Below are positions 57,795 to 64,000 of a DNA stretch of 64,000 nt, in pieces; within the stretch, counting starts at the first letter, position 1; every line of letters begins with the position of its first letter. The DNA comes from Alphaproteobacteria bacterium (GTDB lineage Bacteria > Pseudomonadota > Alphaproteobacteria > MPNO01): assembly GCA_964291675.2 (NCBI GenBank), contig OZ219866.1, forward strand, positions 2,976,001 to 3,040,000. Reading direction: 5' to 3'. Below the pieces are notes generated by a model. It ran no database searches, had not been told where the DNA came from, and worked only from the letters and a program-made list of their open reading frames with translations. The position numbers were made by a program, and so were the translations under genes.

Positions 57795-57988
57795 CGCGCA
57801 CCGGTCCCCGCGGGCATTTCGCCGAGGCGCCCGCGGATTTCGCCGCGAAGCTCCGAAAGCTCCCGGGCCAGGGACCGATGATCCTTGGCCAGGGCGTCGA
57901 TCTTGCGGTCGAGCCGGTCGGTTACCCGCCAGATGAACAGGCCCAGCGCGACCCCGACGCCCAGCATGGTGAGGATCTCGTCGCTCAT
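57791..57988 (-). CDS. Small TM + coiled-coil protein
   Basis: MSDEILTMLGVGVAL..LAKDHRSLARELSELRGEIRGRL; homologous to the 56063-56921 array. Confidence 0.75.
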   Translation of the reverse strand: MSDEILTMLGVGVALGLFIWRVTDRLDRKIDALAKDHRSLARELSELRGEIRGRLGEMPAGTGAR

Positions 57989-58130
57989 GTGCCCAATATA
58001 GTTGAATCGATCGGGTCTTTCACGACCTATCGTCGGTGATCTGCGACGCCGGGCAGGGATCGCCCCGCGCCTTGTGAGCCCCCGCCCCATTCGCTAGCGT
58101 GCCGCCGGCAACCACCGGCGAAGGCGAGAC

Positions 58131-59489
58131 ATGGCCCAGGACCTCCCCTCCTTTCTCGAACGCGTGCGCGCGGAACGGCCCGACGAGCTCGTGACCGTCG
58201 CCCGCGAGATGGACCCCGGCCACGAGGTGACCGCCGCGGTGGTCAAGATCGAGAAGGAGGCGAAGCGCCGCCCGGTTCTCCTGTTCGAGAACGTCAAGGG
58301 CAGCGCCTTCCCGGTGCTCACCAACCTCCATGCCAGCCGCTCGCGCCTCGCCATGGCGATGGGCGCGCCGCCGCGCGAGATGCTGAAGAAATACCTCGAG
58401 GCGATGGACGAGCCGGTCGCGCCGCGCGAGATCAATACCGGGCCGTGCAAGGACGTGGTGCTGAAGGGCGCCGACATCGACCTGGCGCTGTTGCCCCAGC
58501 TCGAACACCACCAGGGCGACGGCGGGGCCTATATCACCGCGGCGATCTCGTTCGCCAGGGACCCCGACGGCGAGATGTGGAACTGCGCCTATAACCGGCT
58601 GATGATCACCGGCCGGGACACCACCTCGATCCACCTGACGCTCGGCAAGCATCTCTGGGAGTACTACCAGGTCGCCGAGTCGCGCGGCGAGGCGCTGCCG
58701 GTCGCCTTCGCCATCGGCGTCCACCCGGCGATCGCGCTCGGCTGCCTCGCCATCGGCTCGATCGACGAGGACGAGCGCGGAATTATGGGCGGGCTCCTGG
58801 GCGAGCCGCTGGAGCTGGTGCGCTGCGAGACCTCCGACGTGCTGGTGCCGGCCCAGGCGGAGATGATCCTGGAGGCCGAGATCCTGCCGCGCGCGCGCAT
58901 CGCCGAGGGGCCGTTCGGCGAGTTCACCGGCTACAGCCTCGGCGCGCGCGACCGCGAGGTGGTGCAGGTCAACGCGCTCACCCACCGCGAGGGCGCGATG
59001 TTCCACGACATCACCGTCGGCCATCTCGACCACATGCTGCTGTCGACCGTCCCGATGGAGGCCAATCTCTACCGCGCCGTGCGGGCGATGATCCCCTCGG
59101 TCAGGGCGGTGCGGGTGCCGAGCCCGTTCACCTGCTTCGTCTCCATCGAGCAGCGCCTCGAAGGCCAGGCCAAGAACGCGATCTTCGCCGTGCTCGGCGC
59201 CGACCTCTACATGAAGCGGGTCGTGGTGGTGGACCACGACATCGACGTGTTCTCCGACCGCGAGGTGAACTGGGCGATCGCCACGCGCTGCCAGCCCGAC
59301 CGCGACATCATGGTGGTCTCGGGCGCGCGCGGCTCCGATCTCGACCCCTCGACCGCGGGCAAAGACGGGTTCACCGCCAAGTGGGGGGTCGACGCGACGG
59401 CCAAGCCCAGCCTCGACGCCTTCACCCCGCGGCACAGCTTCCCCGACGCCGTCTGGGACGGCATCGACGTGGAGGCGCTGCTGCGCTAG
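58131..59489 (+). CDS. UbiD-family decarboxylase
   Basis: LLFENV, DGGAYIT, YNRLM, EGPFGEFTGY, VVVDHDIDVF, KWGVDAT. Confidence 0.92.
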   Translation: MAQDLPSFLERVRAERPDELVTVAREMDPGHEVTAAVVKIEKEAKRRPVLLFENVKGSAFPVLTNLHASRSRLAMAMGAPPREMLKKYLEAMDEPVAPREINTGPCKDVVLKGADIDLALLPQLEHHQGDGGAYITAAISFARDPDGEMWNCAYNRLMITGRDTTSIHLTLGKHLWEYYQVAESRGEALPVAFAIGVHPAIALGCLAIGSIDEDERGIMGGLLGEPLELVRCETSDVLVPAQAEMILEAEILPRARIAEGPFGEFTGYSLGARDREVVQVNALTHREGAMFHDITVGHLDHMLLSTVPMEANLYRAVRAMIPSVRAVRVPSPFTCFVSIEQRLEGQAKNAIFAVLGADLYMKRVVVVDHDIDVFSDREVNWAIATRCQPDRDIMVVSGARGSDLDPSTAGKDGFTAKWGVDATAKPSLDAFTPRHSFPDAVWDGIDVEALLR

Positions 59490-59494
59490 CCGCG

Positions 59495-60901
59495 ATGGCC
59501 GTCCATCTCGCGCAATCGCTGGAAGAGCAGGCCCGGCGGCGTCCCGGCAAGCGGGTTCTCGACTCGGGCGGGACGGCCTTAGCGTGGCGCGAGGTCGAGG
59601 GCAGGGCGGGGGCGCTCGCGGCCGCGCTCGCGGGCGCGGGCATCGGGCGCGGCAGCCGGGTTGCGCTCGGCCTCGACGACCCGGCCGAGCTCGTCGTCGC
59701 GCTGTTCGGCGCGCTCAAGACGGGCGCCACCGCGCTGCCGCTCAACCCGCTTCTCACCGCCGGCGAGCGCGCCCGCATCCTCGCCGATTTCGCGCCCGAC
59801 CGGACGGTCGAGGCGCCGGCCCCGGGCGAGGCCGACTTCCCCGCCGTCTCGACCGAACCCGGCGATATCGCGATCGTGCTCTACACCTCGGGCAGCACCG
59901 GCGACCCCAAGGGGGTGCTGCTGTCCCAGGCGGCGGTCGCCTGGGCGCTGGAATCCTGGCGCGGTCCGGTGATGGACTTGCGGGAGGACGACGTCTCGCT
60001 GTCGGCGCTGCCGCTCGCCCATTCGCTCGGCATCTTCGGCTCGGTGCTGGCGCCGCTGCTGTCGGGCGGCTCGGTCGCCTTCCTCGCGCGCTTCGATCCC
60101 GGGGACGCGCTCGCCGCCATCGCGCGCCACCGGGTGAGCGTGTTCCCGGGCGTCGCCACCATGTTCCGGCGCATCCTCGACAGCCCGGCGCTCGCCGGCA
60201 GCGATCTCGCCAGCCTGCGCTACGCGCTGTCGGGCGCGGCGCCCTGCCCGTGGGAGCTCGCGAGACACTGGCGCGAGAAGACCGGGGTGCGCATCGTCCG
60301 CGGCTACGGCATGACCGAGCTGTTCCGGCCGATCTCCTACCGCGCGGCGGAGCCCGCCGACCTGCCCGACGCGATCGGGCGCGCCGTGCCGGGGGTCGCG
60401 CTGCGCGTGGTCGACGAGTCCGGGCGGGCGCTCGCGGCGGGCGAGACCGGCGAGCTCTGGATCGCGAGCCCGGCGCGGATGTCCGGCTATCTCGGCCGGC
60501 CGGACGACACCGAAGAGGCGTTCGAGGGCGCCTGGTTCAGGACCGGCGACCTCGCGACGCTCTCCCCCGACGGCCATGTGCGCATCGTCGGCCGCCGCAA
60601 GGACATGATCCTGCGCGGCGGCTATACCGTGGCGCCCGGCGAGGTGGAGGCGGTGCTGCTGTCGCATCCGGCGGTCGCCGAGGCGGCGGTGATCGGCGTG
60701 CCCGACGACGATCTCGGCGAGGACATCGCGGCCTTCGTCAGCCTCAATCGGCCCGACGCCGCGGCGGCCGAGGACATCGTCGCGTTCTGCCGCGACCGCA
60801 TGGCGGGCTACAAGTACCCGCGCCATGTCCGCATCGAGCCCGCCCTGCCCAGGGGCCCGGCCGGCAAGATCCTCAAGGCGCGGCTGCGGTTTCAGGCTTG
60901 A
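59495..60901 (+). CDS. AMP-dependent acyl-CoA ligase
   Basis: YTSGSTGDPKG, GYGMTE, FRTGD, GRRKDMI, GKILK. Confidence 0.92.
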   Translation: MAVHLAQSLEEQARRRPGKRVLDSGGTALAWREVEGRAGALAAALAGAGIGRGSRVALGLDDPAELVVALFGALKTGATALPLNPLLTAGERARILADFAPDRTVEAPAPGEADFPAVSTEPGDIAIVLYTSGSTGDPKGVLLSQAAVAWALESWRGPVMDLREDDVSLSALPLAHSLGIFGSVLAPLLSGGSVAFLARFDPGDALAAIARHRVSVFPGVATMFRRILDSPALAGSDLASLRYALSGAAPCPWELARHWREKTGVRIVRGYGMTELFRPISYRAAEPADLPDAIGRAVPGVALRVVDESGRALAAGETGELWIASPARMSGYLGRPDDTEEAFEGAWFRTGDLATLSPDGHVRIVGRRKDMILRGGYTVAPGEVEAVLLSHPAVAEAAVIGVPDDDLGEDIAAFVSLNRPDAAAAEDIVAFCRDRMAGYKYPRHVRIEPALPRGPAGKILKARLRFQA

Positions 60902-60964
60902 TGGCGCGCTGCGCGGCCCCTATGTGAAGAGCCGGAATACCATCCGTCCGACGGACACGACGCC

Positions 60965-61918
60965 ATGAACGCGCTGCGCACAGCCATGCTGATGGCCGCC
61001 ATGGCCGGCGTGCTCGGGGTGTGCGGCTTCCTCGTCGGCGGCGAGGCCATGATGCTGTTCGCGCTCCTGATCGCGGGCGCCGGCAATCTGTTCGCCTTCT
61101 GGAACGCCGACAAGATCGTGCTCAGGATGCACAACGCGCGCGAGGTCGACCGGCGCGGCTCGCCCGAGCTTTTCGGCACGGTCGAGGAGCTGGCGCGGCG
61201 CGCCGGGCTGCCGATGCCGAAGGTCTATGTCATCGACACCGCGCAGCCCAACGCCTTCGCCACCGGGCGCAACCCCGACAACGCCGCCGTCGCCGCGACG
61301 ACGGGCCTGTTGCGCATGCTGAGCCGCGACGAGCTCGCCGGGGTGATGGCGCACGAGCTCGCCCATGTGAGGAACCGCGACACGCTCACCATGACGATCA
61401 CCGCGACCATCGCGGGCGCCGTCTCGGCGCTCGCCGGCATCGCCATGTTCTCCGGCATGTTCGGCGGCAGCCGCAACAGCCCGCTCGGCGGCATCGGCGT
61501 GCTGCTGGTGATGATCCTCGGCCCGGTCGCGGCGGCGCTGGTGCAGATGGCGATCTCCCGCACCCGCGAGTATTCCGCCGACCGGGCCGGGGGCGAGATC
61601 TGCGGCAACCCGCTATGGCTCGCCTCGGCGCTGGAAAAGCTGCAAGCCGGCGCCGCGCGCACCGACTACGAGGCGGCGGAACGCAACCCGGCGACGGCGC
61701 ACATGTTCATCGTCAACCCGCTGCACGCCAACAGGATGGACGGGCTGTTCACCACCCACCCGCGGACCGCGAACCGGGTGGCGGCGCTGGTCGAGCAGGC
61801 CGGGGCGATGGGCATCGGCGGCGGCCGGGCGGCGCCGCGACCGGCCGCCGGATCGCCGAGGCGCAAGGCAAGCGGGTCGCGCATCCCGGTCACCCGCAAA
61901 CCCGGCCCCTGGCAATAG
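60965..61918 (+). CDS. htpX: Zinc metalloprotease HtpX
   Basis: [36 protein letters not shown]. Confidence 0.95.
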   Translation: MNALRTAMLMAAMAGVLGVCGFLVGGEAMMLFALLIAGAGNLFAFWNADKIVLRMHNAREVDRRGSPELFGTVEELARRAGLPMPKVYVIDTAQPNAFATGRNPDNAAVAATTGLLRMLSRDELAGVMAHELAHVRNRDTLTMTITATIAGAVSALAGIAMFSGMFGGSRNSPLGGIGVLLVMILGPVAAALVQMAISRTREYSADRAGGEICGNPLWLASALEKLQAGAARTDYEAAERNPATAHMFIVNPLHANRMDGLFTTHPRTANRVAALVEQAGAMGIGGGRAAPRPAAGSPRRKASGSRIPVTRKPGPWQ

Positions 61919-61957
61919 GGCGAATAGGATTTCGACGCCGCCGCCGCGGTGCGGCGT

Positions 61958-62480
61958 CCCCCGATACGCCCCCTGCGCCCCCACCACGTCATGGCCGGCC
62001 CCCGGAACGAGTCCGGGGGTGATCCGGCCACCCATGCAGCCGTTCCGCGCGCATGTCGGCCGGCGGGAGGAGCGGCGGCGCCAGTGGGTGCCCGCCCCTC
62101 CCGTCATGGCCGGACTTGTTCCGGCCATCCACTCCTCCCACCGCGCCCGGCCCATGGATGGCCGGAACACCCCTGGACTCGTTCCGGGGGCCCGGCATGA
62201 CGGGAGGGGGTGCTGGCGCTTCCCCCGCCCACCCCGTCATGGCCGGACTTGATCCGGCCACCCATGCGCGGACTTGATCCGCGCAACCTCTGGCGCCACC
62301 GGTACAACGCCCCGTCGGGAGGGGCGGCGGCGGCAGTGGGTGCCCGGATCACAGTCCGGGGCTCGATCCGGCCACCCATGCGGCACCTCCGCGCGTATGG
62401 CGGCCGGCCGGGACGGGCGGCGGCGCCCATGGGTGCCCGGATCGTCCCCGGACTCGTTCCGGGGGCCGGGCATGACGGGT
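61958..62480. repeat. REP family 1 composite cluster
   Basis: Several nested CGTC-type units incl. the GGCGCCACCGGTACAACGCCCCGTCGG composite. Confidence 0.88.
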
Positions 62481-62502
62481 TGAGGAAAGGGACGCGCCGC
62501 TT

Positions 62503-63171
62503 CTATTCGGCGGCGTCGCGGTCGCCTTCCGGCCGGTTCGCCGCGCTGCGCTGGATGAACTCGTCGACATTCATGACATGCGCCGTTGACACGCCGAGGA
62601 TGCCGAGCGACACCCGGTGCACCTCCGCGGCGGGGATCGCGCCGAAGCCGATATCGGGATAATCGAACGTGCCCGTGGCGTCGGAGATGAACGCGACCTT
62701 GTAGCCGTTGAACATCGCGTCCCGGGCGGTGGCGTGGCAGCAGTTCTCGGTGGTCACGCCGGTCACCGCGACGGTCTCGATCTTCTCCGTGCGCAGGATC
62801 ATGTCGAGATCGGTGCCCATGAACCCGCTATAGCGGTGCTTCTTGATCACCGGCTCGTTCTCCGCCGGGGCGATCTCGTCGTAGATCTCGATGCCGGGCT
62901 CGCCGTCGACCAGCCCGGCGCGGCTCGCGATGGGCGGCCAGATCTCGCCGTAGAGCCCCATATCCGAGCCGTCGCGCCGGTGTACGTGGGTGGTGTAGAT
63001 CACCCGCATGCCGGTCTTGCGGGCGTGCTCCAGGAGGCGCTTGAGACCGGGCAGGATGTCGCGCCCCATCGGGGTCTCCAGCGCCCCGTCCGGCGCGACG
63101 AAGTCGTTCTGCATGTCCACCACGATGACGGCGGTGCGCTTGGGGTCGATATAGTCGAGAACCAGAGGCAT
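62503..63171 (-). CDS. Isochorismatase-family cysteine hydrolase
   Basis: VIVVDMQNDF, IKKHRYSGF, GVTTENCC, ISDAT. Confidence 0.92.
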   Translation of the reverse strand: MPLVLDYIDPKRTAVIVVDMQNDFVAPDGALETPMGRDILPGLKRLLEHARKTGMRVIYTTHVHRRDGSDMGLYGEIWPPIASRAGLVDGEPGIEIYDEIAPAENEPVIKKHRYSGFMGTDLDMILRTEKIETVAVTGVTTENCCHATARDAMFNGYKVAFISDATGTFDYPDIGFGAIPAAEVHRVSLGILGVSTAHVMNVDEFIQRSAANRPEGDRDAAE

Positions 63172-63345
63172 CGGTGTGTCCTCCCTTCGGGTCCGGCCGG
63201 GCCGGATCGCGGGTCGCCCGGCCGGATGTCGCCCGGGTCGCCCGCGCTTCGAAATGAATTCTGACTCCACGATCCGCAGGAAATCAACGAATTGGACGAT
63301 CCACGCGTGCCGGCCCGCCCGCTCGCCGATCCCGCGCCGCGCGGA

Positions 63346-64000
63346 TCAGCCCCCCAGCGCGATCCGGTGGCTGTCGAGCAGGCCGGGCGCGCGGGACGGG
63401 TCGCCGCGGCCCCAGCCGCATTCGGTGGCGATGCCGAAATCGCCCACCGCGCGCGAAGCCGCCGCGATGCGGCGCCGGTCGCCGTCGCGGTCGTCGTGGT
63501 GGATCAGCCCGAGATAGAGCTCGCACGCCTCGGGCAGGCGAAGCCCGGCGAGCGGCGCGTAATAGGCCGCGTCGTCCCGGTGCTTCGGCGCCGGGACGTG
63601 GAGGAACTGCAATGACCGCCCGAGCCGGCCGAGCACGCCGTGGGCGATCTCGACCGCGTTGGCGAGATCTTCGGGCATCACCACGTGCTCGTCGTTGGGC
63701 GTGCCGTAGCACAGGTGGTAGCCGAGCTCGGCCGGCTCCGGCACCGCGTCGCCGAGCCTCGCCAGCATGCCGCAGATGTCCGCCTTGTAGGTCTCCGGCC
63801 GGTTGGGGAAATAGTTTTCCCAGGCCAGCACCTCCTGGCACACGTCCCACTGAATCGCGAGGTCGCCGTGCGGGATGGCGGCGCAGATCTTCGCGAGGTC
63901 GGACTTGAAGGCGCGTTCGTAGGCGGCGAAGAAATCGGGCCGGGAGCCGGGCGCGACGAACCAGTAGCCGACCGCCATCGGCGTCGGCAGGCAGACCTGG
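63346..64000 (-). CDS. MetE/UROD-like TIM-barrel protein (5' end outside window)
   Basis: LAIQWD, LGYHLCYG, FLHVP, LYLGLIH, GIATECGWGR. Confidence 0.75.
   Translation of the reverse strand, partial: QVCLPTPMAVGYWFVAPGSRPDFFAAYERAFKSDLAKICAAIPHGDLAIQWDVCQEVLAWENYFPNRPETYKADICGMLARLGDAVPEPAELGYHLCYGTPNDEHVVMPEDLANAVEIAHGVLGRLGRSLQFLHVPAPKHRDDAAYYAPLAGLRLPEACELYLGLIHHDDRDGDRRRIAAASRAVGDFGIATECGWGRGDPSRAPGLLDSHRIALGG

Noticed and set aside
56921-58136. Possible duplication of the leader regions upstream of the VOC and UbiD genes
   Set aside because: Only patchy similarity (CTAG..GCCG..GCAAC..GACATGGCC); cannot be distinguished from chance without an alignment

Overview
High-GC window, most likely from an alphaproteobacterium (inferred from gene content and REP type). 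Housekeeping and metabolic genes include iscS-fdx-mnmA-tRNA-Met, catabolic enzymes, ABC transporters, choXWV/betA, a UbiD-family decarboxylase, an acyl-CoA ligase and htpX. They are interleaved with many toxin-antitoxin modules and remnants, two REP-like repeat families and two IS110-family elements. Both IS110 non-coding ends contain short matches to their own target and donor sites, as expected for bridge/seek RNAs. About 25.1-46.6 kb holds a podovirus-type virion cluster (terS, terL, portal, scaffold, capsid, tail tubular proteins, fibre, ejection protein, holin) with no visible integrase, replication or endolysin genes. It is headed by a cleavable CI-like repressor and a candidate Q/GafZ-like antiterminator, making it a candidate domesticated prophage or new gene transfer agent. 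Between the antiterminator and terS, a sigma70 promoter plus intrinsic terminator unit is repeated five times, with different cargo between the copies. Across the window, accessory genes are repeatedly flanked by diverged duplicates of the neighbouring host gene end, suggesting one recurrent insertion mechanism. All family calls are from motif recognition by eye; no database searches were run.
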